Source of the DNA: Callorhinchus milii
Lineage: Eukaryota
Length of the DNA: 64,000 nt
Assembly: GCF_018977255.1 (NCBI RefSeq)
Contig: NW_024704742.1
Coordinates: 73,720,001-73,784,000 of the forward strand
Direction: 5' to 3'
The notes under the pieces: generated by a model
What the model was told of the DNA's origin: nothing
Seen by the model: only the letters and a program-made list of their open reading frames with translations
Databases searched by the model: none
Program-made: the position numbers and the translations under genes
Shown: positions 37,400 to 51,033 of the stretch, one piece after another
How the letters are laid out: each line of letters starts with the position of its first letter
Numbering within the stretch: the first letter of the stretch is position 1

Positions 37400-39200
37400 G
37401 AGACCTACTTAACCAACTACCAACACTTCATATCCGCAAACATTTTTTCCTTCTGCCCCGCACAGTCACATACAGCATATCCCAAGGCTCGATCCTTGGC
37501 CCCCTTTTCTTCATTTACAAGCTCCCTCTCAGGAATGTCATTCGCAGACAGGTGATCAACTTCGACATATATGCAGATGACACCCAAAAATACTTTTCCT
37601 CCCCCAACTGTGACTCCAGGTCCGCTGATGCTCTGTCAGCTCTAACTTTCTGAAGTTGAATGCTGTCAAGATGAAAGCCATATTCGTTGGCTCTCATCAA
37701 CATCTTTGCTCCTGCAACTCTTTACTCCTCAACCTCCCCGGCTCTGACCTCCTCAGCCTCGGTCATGTTGGATCTCCAGCTGTCCTCCCTACCCAACATC
37801 CGGTCCCTAACCAGGACCATTTTTCTTCTCCTCGACATCGCCTGCGTCCGACCATACCTCACATCTAACGCAGTAGAAATCCAATCTTTCATCACCTCCC
37901 GCCTCGATTATTCCAATGCCCTCCTTGCAGGTTACCCCACCTCCACTATCCACAAAATACAATTAATTAAAAACTCTGCTCTCCATATACTCACCCGCAC
38001 CAAGCCCCATACCCCTATCACTTCAGTCCTTACCAGACTCCACTGGTTCCCTATTCCAGAATGGATTGACTTCAAGATTCTCATCTTGTCTACAAATCGC
38101 TTCACGCCTGGCACCTCCCTACCTCTCTGAAATGCTTACTCCAGGGTAGTAAGGGTGCCATATAAATATAAAGTTGTTATTGTAAAGCTCCATTTGGTTA
38201 CTAATAATTTGGTTATAATACATTGGTTATAATCAGCTGGCTGTCTTTGTTTCCTCCAAACTCTTCTCCTTTTGCTTCTTACGTGGTCGCCTGCAGTGGT
38301 CTTCAGGACTTTATCCTCAGCCTCTCCTTTTCCTCATCTACATGATCCACAATGACGATATTTACGCATACATGTACATAGATGCCCCAAATCTACCTCT
38401 AATTCTACCCTCAGACACCAGCCCCTCTTTCTCCAACTTACTAAATGCAACCTTGGCATTTGTTTCAACCTTCAGCTCTTGTCGGTCCTTCACATCCTGT
38501 CTCTGACCAAAAACATGTTTCAGTACCTTTGACACATAGCCCACCTCTAACCTTATGTCGAGTTCAATTGACCCAAACCCTCATTCAAGCATCAACTATT
38601 CAATTGCTTTCCTCACCAGTTTGCCCCAGCTCCCTCATTCATAAGCTCAAGCTCATACGAAAGTCTGCCACCCACATCTTACCCCATAAGTTCGCATGCC
38701 ATCACATCCATACTTGTCAGGCTCCACTGGTGCCCTGGATCCCAGCAATCAACATCAAGATTCTTACTTTCACCTACAAATTCCTTCACACCCTCGTTCT
38801 TCTCTAAGCACATGATCTTGTGCAATCTGCTTGGTTTTCCAATTGGCACACAAGCCTGCTGCATGATCCACATGGTCTCCACTCCATTATCAGCCGGCAA
38901 GCCTTCAGCCACCACGCCCCTATGTTGTGGAACTCTCTCTTCCAAGCTCTTCAATTTCTCACCCTCTTTATCAATCTTCAAAAGTCATCTGAAAACCTAC
39001 CTATTCGACCACCTAGAGTTGTCTCACTCCTCGCCCACCGTCCCTGCTCAGTGGGAAGGTGGGCGAGGAGCTGTAAAGCACTCAGAAATTACTCTAAATG
39101 AATGGCACAACAACAACAAATTACATTTGTATGGCGCCTTTCACATCAGGAGGATGTCCCAAGGCGCCGACACGAGATAAATGCAAGTTGCTTTTGTTGT
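37400..39200 (+). mobile_element. Two tandem old L2 RT/3' fragments (37400-38185 and 38230-39200)
   Basis: QGSILGPLFFIY...YADDTQ; FITSRLDYSNALL; FKSHLKTYLFD. Confidence 0.85.
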
Positions 39201-39925
39201 ATGAGAGAAATAATTGCATTCCTGAGGCTTCTGTCACACAAACATGCACTTGTGTACACCAGCTGTTTTGGCTACATTTAAAACAGAAAGAAAGGAGAAC
39301 AGGAGAAAATCTCAGGGACTCTGAATACTCAGAAGTGCTCACGGGGTGATGGCAAATGCACAGTAAAAGTTGGGCCCTTGGATAGAGATATAATTAAGAT
39401 AAGATATAATCACTCATTCAGAGATATAAGAAAAAAGTACATTATATACATGATCAAAAGAAAAGGACACGTTAAGTATAATGGCAGAAAATAATAATCC
39501 TTGCATTTGATATACCGCCTGATCAAGTCAAAGAGACATCTCAAAGCGCTTCAAAGAATATACCGTAATATGAATTGTGTATATTTTGTGGGCGAAACAC
39601 AGCAGCCAAAAATGAGAGAAAGAGGCAAATATATACAGAAAGGAACAAATCAGGATCGATGCAGCTCTATACTGCTTTGTTACCACTCCCAAAAATATCA
39701 CTTGTGACTCACCAAAAACCTATGTTCAACTGGCGATATTTTTGTTATATTATTGCCAGATACTCTCTGTGATTTTAAGTTCATGAGTTCCAAGTTCACC
39801 ACAATGTGGTTTTGAACAGAATCAGGCACACAACTGCAAAAGAAAACGGGAGCAACAGAGCAGGAGAAATAAAGTGAACAAGCCCACAAAAGACAGGTTG
39901 AGGAGAGTCTTTTGGTTCTAAACCA

Positions 39926-40616
39926 TAAAACCAACCAATAATGTTGTGTTTATCTGGTCTATTTGCCGCCCAATTTACCATTAGTATGTAGTGTGTTGAA
40001 CATTGAGGAGAGATAGCCATTGAACAGCCTGTTGGTAGCATCAAGGTCGCTGTGGGTGGAGGACCAGAGGAAGAAAGGTCAATAACAACAAGGAGGATTT
40101 GGCTGGACAGAGAGCAAGAAGCAAATCTCACAGGTGTAATAATGGTTTTAAGTTCACTACTTAGCAGTTCATTATAATTGGAGCAAGGAGAATATTTGGC
40201 TTCTAATGATCATTGTAGAATTAGATTAGATACCATAATCAAGACAAAGACTAACGATAATTCAAATATGAAGACTTTTGAGCAGCAAAGTAAACAGAAA
40301 AATATATAAATTACAGAATTTGTTAAAGATTTTTCAACAGACGTAGAACAAAAGTATAGCCATGTGTGTAAAATAAAATCTTAAAGGAAAATGTTGAAAA
40401 TTTTATGTTAATTTGGATTTATTTTTCAGATATTTGACTGTTATGGATTTTTAACAATCATCGGTTTTACTGAAGAGAACAAGCAAGGAGCACAGCCACT
40501 GAAATGTGGAGGCTAAGAATACTCTACCAGGTTGGAAACATTGATGCTCAATGCATACTGATGGTAAATTGGGCAGCAAATAGACCACATAAGCACAACA
40601 TTATTGGTTGGTTTTA
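39926..40616. mobile_element. MITE-like element with ~63-bp terminal inverted repeats, TA at both ends
   Basis: TAAAACCAACCAATAATGTTGTG...TTAGTATG (39926-39988) matches the reverse complement of 40554-40616 with 4 mismatches. Confidence 0.75.
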
Positions 40617-41024
40617 GCTGGCTTTATTTGCATAGTCAGTTACTGTAATTTTTGAAAAAAAATGACATGGGTTTTAAAAATCTGAAAAGAATACAATAGA
40701 TAAATTAATCCTGCACCACTCTGCTTTCAGTTGATCAACAAATTGCTCTCTTACTCCTTCTTGAAATGTCTCCATTTCCTCCACTGCCTCCCTAGTCTAT
40801 TCCACATATTGTACTTCCCACCTAATTCTGAAGTGTCTACTAACAATACTTATTTGACACAGTGCCTTATCATGTTGTTGAGACGTTTCAAAGTGCTTCA
40901 CAGAATATATTGTAATGTGGATTGACTGTGTATTTCGTCTACTGAGAAAGTAAGGTAATGTTTCCTGGGAGACAGAAGGCAAAATATACATGTATTCCAG
41001 GATCAGGCCAGCATGTAAGAAGTA

Positions 41025-41587
41025 CAGTGAAAGTTGCTTTAGCCAGACGTTGGTTAACCTGGGATGCCAGGTAAATCGGACAAAATGCCCGGCCCGGATT
41101 CATTTGTATTCATGCCTATTTTAAATATATCTGTTAATCCAGATAGAATTCTGGTTATTCCGGACAAAATGTCGTGCTGGCCGCTGCTGCGTCTACTCAC
41201 TTGGGCCTTCTGTATCTCGAGTGGCTCCATTCAGCCACAAGCGGTTCCAGGATAGAGATGGGAGAACTCACATTGCGACTGATTGACAGCGGACTCCGGC
41301 CATTCACAGGTGGCTAAGGGCTGTCAATCAGTGAGGGGGCAGAGGAACGGGGCAGAAACAAGGTAAGGAATAGGAGGAGTCAAATCGCGATTGATTGACA
41401 GCTGGAGCCCAAACATTCACAAGCGGCTTCAGGCTATCAAACACCTCAGAGCACTGCTAATTGGTCCTCTTCCCGTCCGATGAGAACGGCAGCGGGCAGC
41501 AGCAGGCGCCGTGGAAAGCATTGGACGCCATTTAAACCGGACAAAACAGCCGGCCCTGGTAATGTCTGGCTTTAGTGACTTCCACTG
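41025..41587 (+). mobile_element. Tc1/mariner (pogo/Tigger-like) non-autonomous element
   Basis: TA|CAGTGAAAGTTGCTTTAGCCAGACGTT ... AATGTCTGGCTTTAGTGACTTCCACTG|TA. A second copy lies at 61720-62153. Confidence 0.85.
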
Positions 41588-41951
41588 TATTTTTGCATCT
41601 ATTGTGGAACCTTATCATATCAACATGCCTCAAACCATTTCAGAGTTTTCTGTAAAACGTAGTGGATGTGTATTTAAAGGCAAATGCAACAGCTAACGTT
41701 CACATAGCAATGTCCCACAAACAATCATAAAGCAAATGGCCTTTTTTTTATTATCTGGGAATTGGAGAAACTCTCTTCTCTTTTTGAATGGTGCCTTGGG
41801 GCCTTTACATCCAAAAAACACAATAATTTGAATTTTATAGCACCTTTCACATCAGGAAAATGTCTCAAAGCCTTTCACGCTGCTGTCTACTTAAACAGAC
41901 ATGTGGGTTTAACATCTCATCTGAAGTACACAACCTCCACAGCACAACACG

Positions 41952-42280
41952 TGGAGTCCTGTAGCTCAGTGGTTAGAGCACTCGCTTTGCAAGCGAGAGA
42001 CCCGAGTTCAATTCCAGGCAGAGCGAAACCTTGGGGAAGTTTCCTTACTCCACACAGAGCCTAATAATAATCCCTCCAAAACCATAAAAAACAATAATAA
42101 ATTGGTCATTTTCAATCCACGACTGTTTGTGGGACATTGCTGTGCGCAATTGGCTGCCGCGTTCGCCCACAAATATACAGTCAATTCACTTTACAGTGTG
42201 TTCTGAGAAGTGATTTAGGACCTCCTCCCGACATGAAAAGCGCTATATCAAATGCAAGGATTATTATTATTATTATTATT
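41952..42280 (+). mobile_element. Full-length young SINE nested in an old minus-strand DeuSINE (about 41700-42370)
   Basis: Flanked by AACAC on both sides (candidate TSD); host SINE homology continues after it. Confidence 0.92.
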
Positions 42281-43369
42281 AACACTGTCAGACTGTTCTA
42301 GTAGCTCAAAGTCCCGACATGGGACTTAAACCCACAATTCTAACTTAGAGGTAAATGTGTTATCAACTTAGCAAAACAATATCTAAGAATCAAACTGAAT
42401 GTCTGGACTTACAGATAGCTGACTGCGAAGCCTAGTGACAGACACAACAGGAGATTCTCTGACCGGCTGATCTGCACATTGAGTGAAAAATGTAAAAATG
42501 TATCTGATTGATTTCAAGAAAATTATATAGATGATTACTGATGATGAAGTGAGTTCAAAGAAGAGCAACAAGGATGATCCAGGCACTTAAGACTCTGAAA
42601 TTATTATGAATTGTACATGTTTTCATCAGGCAGAAGGTTGAAAGCAAACAGATATGAAAATAAGAGGCATTAATGTATATGTGATCTATTGTATTACTTG
42701 GACTGTGAGCATGCGTAAAATTAATGGCAGCAGAACAGGACACAGTTTCAGGGTTGCAAAGGGCAATTTCAGGAGACACTAGGAAATATTTACAAAGAAT
42801 GGCACCGAAACGGGCCATTTGGCCCTTCTAGTTTGTGCAGGTCTTTACCCAGAGGGACCAGGTTGCTAGGAAGAGTAGTTTAGGCTACAATTTTGGACTG
42901 ATTCAAAAAATTGCTTGATACTGTGATGGGAAGGCAGCAGGACTAGCATTCCAGAAGGATGAGATCAAATGGGCTGGAGGATCTTTATCCAAACCTCTCT
43001 TGTAATCTTATGAAGTGATTCCATTAGAGATACATGAATGCATGGGTGTATTGAGGTAAGCACATGGTAATATACAAGGCAAAAAAGAGAAAGAGGAAAT
43101 GAGGGCCTTGAGCTAGAAAAAAAGACAAGCAAGTCAGAGTGCCATAGGAGGAGGTTCAAATAAGAGCAGCAATAAAATTATTCAAAATTTGAACTGCAGT
43201 TGTAATCATTCTCTGTAGTTCCCAACTCATAATTGCTGAAGCTCTGAGAACTAAAACTGAGAAGAAGTTCCAGTACTGCAACAGGACAGTAATTCCAAAA
43301 ATCTACGTCTTCAACTGTGCTTAGGGTCTGCTTTCCCCTTCCTGCGCATTTTTTTTGGCAGCTGGGTAG

Positions 43370-43900
43370 GTCACATGCGGAAACCCATCACCATGTTTAA
43401 GAGTATCCAAACCACAGTGAGAATTCCATGTATCCCATCTACACATGGAAATCCCAGAGATATATTAACAGAATGGAATGCGCTCTCTCACTGAGGGATG
43501 CTTCCTGCTTACCATATTAGACACAGGTTGGCAAGAGCTGAGGATTGGGGACGCCAGTATGATTGGGGTACTGTTGGAGTATAACAAGATAAAACTACAT
43601 AGCTTGCCATTTATATCGCTGTCCGGCAAGCTTTTCCACTGCTTGTCCAGCTAGGACCACCCAACCCGTTAGGGCTTTGGCTTACAGGGTTAACAGGAGC
43701 TGAATGGGATGACTTCCTGTCCCAAGTGACTGGTCTGCCCTTCTAGATCCTGTTGATGATCCAGGCTGGCTGCTATGATCAGCAGTGCCCTAGAATATGG
43801 CAGATCGCCTGTCTTAGGAACCAGACTAGAGACCATCACAAAGTTCTAGCTCGATTCTGACGTTTTGTTGCCAAACAGGTCACCTTGGAGCCAGTTCAGC
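43370..43900 (-). mobile_element. Upstream segment of the CCHC LINE family
   Basis: Homologous to 60860-61320; shares CATG(C/T)TTAAGAGTATCCAAACCA. Confidence 0.6.
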
Positions 43901-43954
43901 TCCAAGAAGTCCCCACTTAACTCTCCCCTGAGGAGGATAATGCTCCACATTATG

Positions 43955-44880
43955 TCAATGTGGCTCAGCTGATAGCACTCTCGCTTCTGCGTCTGAAGCT
44001 TAGGAGTTCAAGGCCCACGTCAAGACTTGGAACGCATATAGTCTCGGTTGACTGCGGTGCTGGAGGTGTGCTGCATTGATGGGGAAGCCATCCTTTAGAA
44101 GACATGTTAAATCAAGATCCCGTCTGCCTATTCAGGTGGACATTAAATATCCCATGGCGTGATTCAAAAATAGAAGGGAATTTCTCCCTGCATCCTGGCC
44201 AACAATCCCCCGAATAAAAATTGGTCAATCACTCCATGGGTGTTTGTGCAGCACTCGCACAAATGAACTGCCATTTCACCAACAGCCACTGCACTTTACA
44301 GTGTGTCCTGTGAGACAATCTACCTGTCTTTGTGAAGCCCTCAAAGAGATTATCTTACATAAAAGGGCACAATAAAATAGAAGTTGTTTTTGTTCCTCAT
44401 AAAAATCTGAGTTTTTAGAAAAGATTCTTCCCAATTTTATATGGCCACTTGCTACAGGCTATTTCTGTGTCAGCCTCATTCAGAAGTTACAATCGTGCCT
44501 CTGAATCAGAAGCTTGTGGGTTCGAGCTCTACGTGGGGCTTGGAATCACACAGTCTGAACTGACTCTTCAATGAGGTGCTGGGGGTGGGGGGTTGCATTG
44601 TCGGAGTTGCCTTCAGATGAAATGTTAAAACCAGAGGTCCCGTCTGCCTGTTCAGGTGTATGTTAAAGATCTTATGGCACTATTCGAAAAGAGAAGTGAA
44701 CTTCTCCCGTTGTCCTGGCCAATAATACCCCAAATAAAAAAAATTGGCCGCTCACTCCATGGCTGTTTGTGGGACATGGTGGTGCACAAACTGGCTACCG
44801 CATTTCACCCACAAAATACACAGTCAATCCACTTTACAGTACATCCTGTGAAGCGCTTTGAGACATCTCGATGACGTGTA
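43955..44880 (+). mobile_element. Two tandem old DeuSINE copies (43955-44390 and 44470-44880)
   Basis: Each has the tRNA-like head, CCCGTCTGCCT(A/G)TTCAGGTG...AAA(G/T)ATC and the core/tail. Confidence 0.85.
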
Positions 44881-46144
44881 AAAAGCAAAATAATGCTGCA
44901 ACATAATCTCTCGGCTGAGACTGGAAAGTCACCAGACAAAAAACAGCAATGCCCAAATATTCAGTAAATCAACTCATAATCAAAATTAAAATAGACAGAT
45001 TGTGGTTACGGAGTTTACCCATGTATAAGATATGTGCATGACATAGAGTTTGAGCTATATCACAATTCCAATTAAATACACACCATAGTACCTCCCTGAC
45101 TTGATAACCTGTAAATACTGAAGTACATTATTAATGATCGAGTGGCAGGTACAAACATCTCTCCTTTCCTATCGAGCCAGCAACACAAATTCAAATGAAC
45201 TGACTGGCATGAATTTACATGCCCTACAAATCTAAAGAGTGAGTTATGTACACCAACAAGAGGTGGTTTATTTTTCAGCAATGCAGAGCTTTCAGATTTA
45301 TACTACAGTATTGGGAATCTACCATGATTAAGTTAATTTGTTTGTGAAGCATAGACTAGTCAGCCTTCTGTAAAATACCTCGAAATGAAATGTAAAGTTA
45401 AAACTATAATCTTGGCAGTTAACTATATTATAGTGTGCATGATAGTAGCTCCCTCACTCCACTTCAGGTAAGTTGTATATTATTAATTAATTGTCTAGCG
45501 GCAGATAAACACCACCTTCTCCCTCAGCCCACCATCAAAACAAATGAAAATTATTGGGAAATATAACAGCAAACACAAAGGTAAAACAATGCTCCTTTCA
45601 CAACTGTCAATACCACCAGCAGTTTTGAGAAGAAAATGAAACATTCATGAGTTGTGTTTTATAGTGGATCCTAAACCAGACAGAGAGTGATCATTACCAA
45701 ATGATCACTTGGTAGCGGGGGTGAAGTGCTCCTACTCAAGGGAACATAATTCTACATCACGTGCTCTCCTCACATATTTATTCCACTTCTTCATTATTAT
45801 TAGGTTGGCTCAGTTGGTAATATTCTTGTCTCTGAAGGCTGTGGGTTTAAACACCATGTCTTGCACGAATAGTCTAGGTTGACACATAAGTGCAGTGCTG
45901 GAGAAGCACTTAAAACGCTGTCCTTTGGATAAGAAATTAATCACATCTCATCTGCCTGTTCTCAAACAGATGCTAAATATCGCATGTTCAAAAAACAGGT
46001 GTTAAGTATCACAATATTTAAAAATTCTCCCAGTGTCCTGGCAATTCTCCTACCAAAATAACTAATTTACCTCAAGGCTGATTATGGGGCATTACTGTAG
46101 CCTGAGCTGGAAGAGAGAAGAGTACAGGGGAGGTGGCCAAAGTG

Positions 46145-47530
46145 CAACAATAACAACTTGCATTTATATAGCGCTCCTCACGCAGGGTGGGGTTCCAGAG
46201 CATTTGATAGTGGCGGAGCACGACGCCTCGCCGGGGGGAGGGGGAAGTGACTGTAATCATGGTTGAAGAGGAAGGTCTTCAGGCACGACCTGAAGATGTG
46301 GAAGCAAGGGGCAAGGCGGAGGGATAGAGGAAGAATGTTCCAGAGTTTCAGGGCAGTGTCTGAAAGCGCGGCCACCAATTGTGGGACGGAGAGCACGAGG
46401 GACATGCAGAAGACGGGAGCCAGTCGAGCGGAGGCAGCGGGTTGTGGATTAGGGGGTAAGCAGGTCGGAGAAGTAGGGAGGTGCCGGGGCATGAAGCGAA
46501 AACGAGTGTGAGGATCTCAAAATCAATCTGTTCGGCGATAGGGAGCCAGTGGACCCTGGCTAGAACTGGTGTGATGGGTGTACGACGTTTAGTACGGGTG
46601 AATATGCGGGTAGCAGAGTTTTGGATCAGCTGGATCCTGTGCATGATGGAGCTGGGGAGATCGACAAAGGGAGCATTTGAAAAGTCGAGTCAGGAAGTGA
46701 CGAACGCATGGATGAGAACACATTGGCTGTCTGAGGTAAGGTACGGTAGGACACGGGTAATGTGGCCGAGGTGAAGGAAGGCGGTCCTGGTCAGGGACTG
46801 GATTTGAGGAAGGACAATTGTCGGTCGAACCTGATGCCTAGGTTGCACACCAGCTTGGTAAGTCTGAGGGAGAGGCCGGAGAGGTTGAGGATGTCAGAGC
46901 CACAGAATAAAAAACGTTGACAGGAGCCAATGAGTATGGCTTCCATCTTGTCAACAGTTAATCAACATGCAGGCCCTGATGTCCACCAGACCTTCCGAGA
47001 GAACATTGGCGGAGCTGGAGTCGCAACTTGAGAAGTGGATTTGTGTGTCATCTGTGTCTGCGGATGACATAGCCAAGAGGGAGCATATAGATGAGGAAGA
47101 GAAGAGGGCCAAGGATGGAAACCTGGGGTATACCACAGCTGGCCAGGCAGTGGGGAGGAGAAACCATTTGAAGAGACAAAGTGAAGGAGGTGTGTTAGGT
47201 AGGACTCGAACCGGGCGAGTGTGGTCCAACCAAGGTGGATGAGTGAGTTGAGGTGGTGGAGGAGGATGGCATGGTCGACTGTGTCGAACACGGCGGAGAT
47301 GTCCAGGAGTACAAGGAGGCAGAGGGAACCCTAGTCAAAGAGAGAGAGGATGTTGTTTGTGACCTTGACAAGCGCTGTCTCTGTGCTGTGGGCAGGACGG
47401 AAACCAGAATGGAGGGGCTTGAGGAGGGAGAGGTGAGTTGTTTAGCGACAATGCGTTCCAGAGCTTTGGCGTGGAAGGGCAGGTTGGAAATAGGCTGGTA
47501 ATTGCGAGCTTGGAGGGGGCAAAGGTGGGT
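46145..47530 (-). mobile_element. L2, RT domain to 3' end
   Basis: YQPISNLPF, FDTVDHAILLHHL, DDTQIHF, IQLIQNSATRIF, then the tail. Confidence 0.92.
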
Positions 47531-47689
47531 GTAGATAAAGAGATTTTTTTAAAAACATAATATTAGGTCAAAACCTGGATGAAAGATTTAATGGAGAAGT
47601 GGGAGTTGAAGTGAGCAGCCAGGGAGGTCAAAACACATACAGTAATATTAACATCCCCAGGCAGTTTCGCAGAACAGGAGGGATTCTTC

Positions 47690-48843
47690 CCACCTCAACC
47701 TTCAAGGTTCTGTCCTTGACTGGTTCAGGTCCTACCTTTCACACCACCTCCACTTCATCTCTCCAAATGGCTTCTCCTCCAGCCCCCGCACCGCCTCGTG
47801 CGGTGTTCCTCAGGGCTCTGTCCTTGGTCCCCTCTTCTTCACCCTCTATATGCTCCCACTTGGTGACCCCATCCGCAGACATGGGGTAAATTTTCACATG
47901 TATGCGGATAACACCCAACTTTACCTCTCTGCCTCCATCCTCAACTCCAGGACTACTGGCATCCTGACTGACTGCCTGTCCGACATCACGTCCTGGATGA
48001 GGGACAACTTTCTCCTCCTGATTGGCTCGCGCCAGCGCCTCCGCACCTCAGGCGCTGGCAGCATCAGCCTCCACGGCTGCACCCTCAACCTCACTAAGCC
48101 AGTCAGGAACCTGGGTGTCTTGTTTGGCCCTGAACTGTCCTTTCTCCCCCACATCCAATCCATGACTGGCACTGCCTACCACCACCTCCATAACATTGCC
48201 AGACTCCGCCACTGCCTCACCCCTCAGGCTACCGAAACCCTCACCCATGCATTCGTCACAGCAAGACTTGATTACGAGAACTCCCTCCTCATCGGCCTTC
48301 CCAACTCTTCCCTTTGCAAATCATCCAAAACTCTGCACCTCGTGTACTCTCGCGCACCAGGCTCCATGACCCCATCACTCCCACCCTCGCCTGACTCCAC
48401 TGGCTCTCCATCCTTCAGAAGATCAAATTCAAGATCCTTGTCCTCACGTTCAAGGCCATCTATGGCCTTGCCCCCTCCTACCTCTCTGACCTGCTGACTC
48501 CCTACCAATCTGCCCCCTCCCTCTGTTCAGTGGGCTCCAGTCTGCTCCATGTCTCCCGCCCTACCATCGATGGCCGGACTTTCAGCCTCTCTGCCGCCAC
48601 ACTCTGGAACTCCATCCCACAGTCCCTTCACCTCACTTCCTCTCTGCCTTTTTCAAGGCTGATCTCAAGACCCTCCTCTTCGATCGTGCCTTCAATTGCC
48701 CTCCCACCTCTCTGACTTCCCTCACCCCTACCCCACCCCTCCCCCATGCTTGGGTCCTGACCCCTGACTATCCAGTGCCTTGGGCCATCCTCCCGACGTG
48801 AAAGGCGCTCTATAAATGTAATTTTGTTGTTGCTATTGTTGTT
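47690..48843 (+). mobile_element. L2, RT domain to 3' end
   Basis: VPQGSVLGP, FHMYADNTQLY, RNLGVLF, HAFVTARLDY, stem-loop tail and (TTG)n. Confidence 0.95.
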
Positions 48844-49429
48844 GAGGGTAAAGGCAGAAAGATGGAGATTATCCACATCATTCTGGAAGTGGACCCACGT
48901 CTGTGGACGATGTACCCAAGAGAGAACATGTAGATAAGAAAAAGAGGGGATGAATGATACAGTTCTGACACTACAAGAGACTGTGTGGTTGCAGAAGGAG
49001 AAACTGTTCCACAGTGAAGAAGCTTGAATAAAGATTAATATAAAAGATGGAATGTTTTTAAGCCATTGCAATCAACTGGACTGAATCAGATTAAAAACAT
49101 GACTGCAGCAGCAAAGAGTAAAACTAGGTCACCAATTGTGAAAAAAAACTACAAAACAACAACGACAAAACTGTTCACAAAATGACAACATTTGGCAAAT
49201 ATTTTTTAGTTTCCAACAATTAACAACCAATTACCCCTTCTCTCATCAGCTAATACCATAAACCTCTTCCATCATCTGGAACTATACCTCTTTCTTTCAA
49301 AACTGTTGTCATCACCGCTCATCATAAAAAATGAACCCTTTAAAACAATCATGCCCATATCTCACTTAAGTATAGGTGTCAGCCTAGTTCAGTTGTGAGC
49401 ACTTTCACCTCCCAGACAGAAGACTTTAA

Positions 49430-49765
49430 ACTCAGTGGTTAGAGCACTCGCCTCACAAGCGAGAGACCTGGGTTTGATTCCCGGCACGATGAAATGTTGG
49501 GCAAGTTTCCTTACTACACGAGCCTCTGTTTACCTAGCAGTAAGTAAGAACAGGGTTGTTAGTCGATTGGCAGATCGTTTTTCCGGGGGGTAATAATTCC
49601 TTAAAAAAAATTAGTCACTTCAATCCAACTGACTGTTTGTGGGACACTGCTGTGTGCAATTGGCTGACCCGTTTCGCCCACAAAATATGCAGTCAATTTA
49701 CTTTACAGTATATTCTGTGAAGCGCTTTGAGACTTCTCAAAGACGTGATAAGGCACTATATCAAA
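49430..49765 (+). mobile_element. Long-variant tRNA-Ala SINE
   Basis: Same structure as 21562-21940. Confidence 0.9.
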
Positions 49766-49939
49766 CAACACTGGTTACCAGTACCCCAGCAGATCAACTT
49801 CAAGATCCTTAAACTGCTTCAAATCCATTCAGCCTCCTCTCTTCCAGCTTTCTCCCACCTGTGCCTCCCCTCTTATAATTCCACTCTGTCGCCTTGCTCC
49901 TCTCTCTCCGATTTCTCTTTGACCAAACAACACTCTTGA

Positions 49940-51033
49940 ATTAGCATGGATTGAAGAGTGGCTAACGGGTAGAAAACAGAGAGTAGGGATAAACGGGTCA
50001 TTCTCAAATTGGCAGGATGCCACAAGGATCAGTGCTTGGGCCTCAGCTATTTACAATTTACATCAATGATCTAGACGAGGACATTGAATGTAACGTATCT
50101 AAATTCATGGATGACACTAAACTAGGTGGGAGAGTAAGCTCTGAGGATGATGCAAAAAGATTGCAATGGGATATAGATAGGCTTGGGGAGTGGGCGAGTA
50201 GGTGGCAGATGGAATTTAATGTGGGGAAGTGTGAAGTTATTCATCTAGGTAGAAAAAATAGAAAAACAGATTATTTTCTAGAGGGGGAGAGCTTAGATAG
50301 TGTTAGTGTTCAGAGGGATTTGGGTGTCCTTGTACACCAGTCTCAAAAAGTTAGTTTGCAGGTGCAGCAAGCAACTAAGAAGGCGAACGGCATGTTAGCG
50401 TTCATTGCAAAAGGTTTAGAGTACAAGAGTAGGGAAGTCTTGCTGCAACTGTATAGGGCCTTGGTGAGACCGCACCTGGAGTATTGTGTGCAGTTTTGGT
50501 CCTTATTTAAAAAAGGACATACTTGCCCTAGAGGGGGTGCAGTGTAGATTCACTCGGTTAGTTCCTGGGATGAGGGGACTGACCTATGAGGATAGGCTGA
50601 ATAAACTAGGGCTATATCCTCTAGAGGACAGAAGAATTAGGGGGGATCTTATTGAAACATATAAGATTCTTAAAGTGCTGATAAAGTAGACACTGAGGGT
50701 CTGTTTCCCCTGGTAGGAGAATCTATAACCAGGGGTCACAGTCTTAAAATTAAGGGTCAGCCTTTTAGAACAGAGTTGAGGAAACATTTCTTCACTCAGA
50801 GGGTAGTGAATTTATGGAATTCACTACACCCAGAAGGCTGTAGATGCTCAGTCCTTGAACATCTTCAAGGCTGAGACTGATAGATTTTTAAAAAATAGAG
50901 GGATTAGGGGATATGGGGATAGGGCAGGTAATTAGAGTTAGGTCTGAAGATCAGCCATGATCTTATCGAATGACGGGGCACAGGCTCGAGGGGCCGAATG
51001 GCCTACTCCTGCTCCTAATTCTTATGTTCTTAT
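49940..51033 (+). mobile_element. Young CR1 LINE, 5'-truncated (RT to 3' end)
   Basis: PQGSVLGPQLFTIYINDLD...DDTKLGG...VRPHLEYCVQFW; one frameshift; tail (TTCTTATG)x2. Confidence 0.97.

Noticed and set aside
50017..50689. Reverse-transcriptase ORFs as a retron, DGR or domesticated RT
   Set aside because: Ordinary 5'-truncated, frameshifted CR1 copy with its normal 3' tail.
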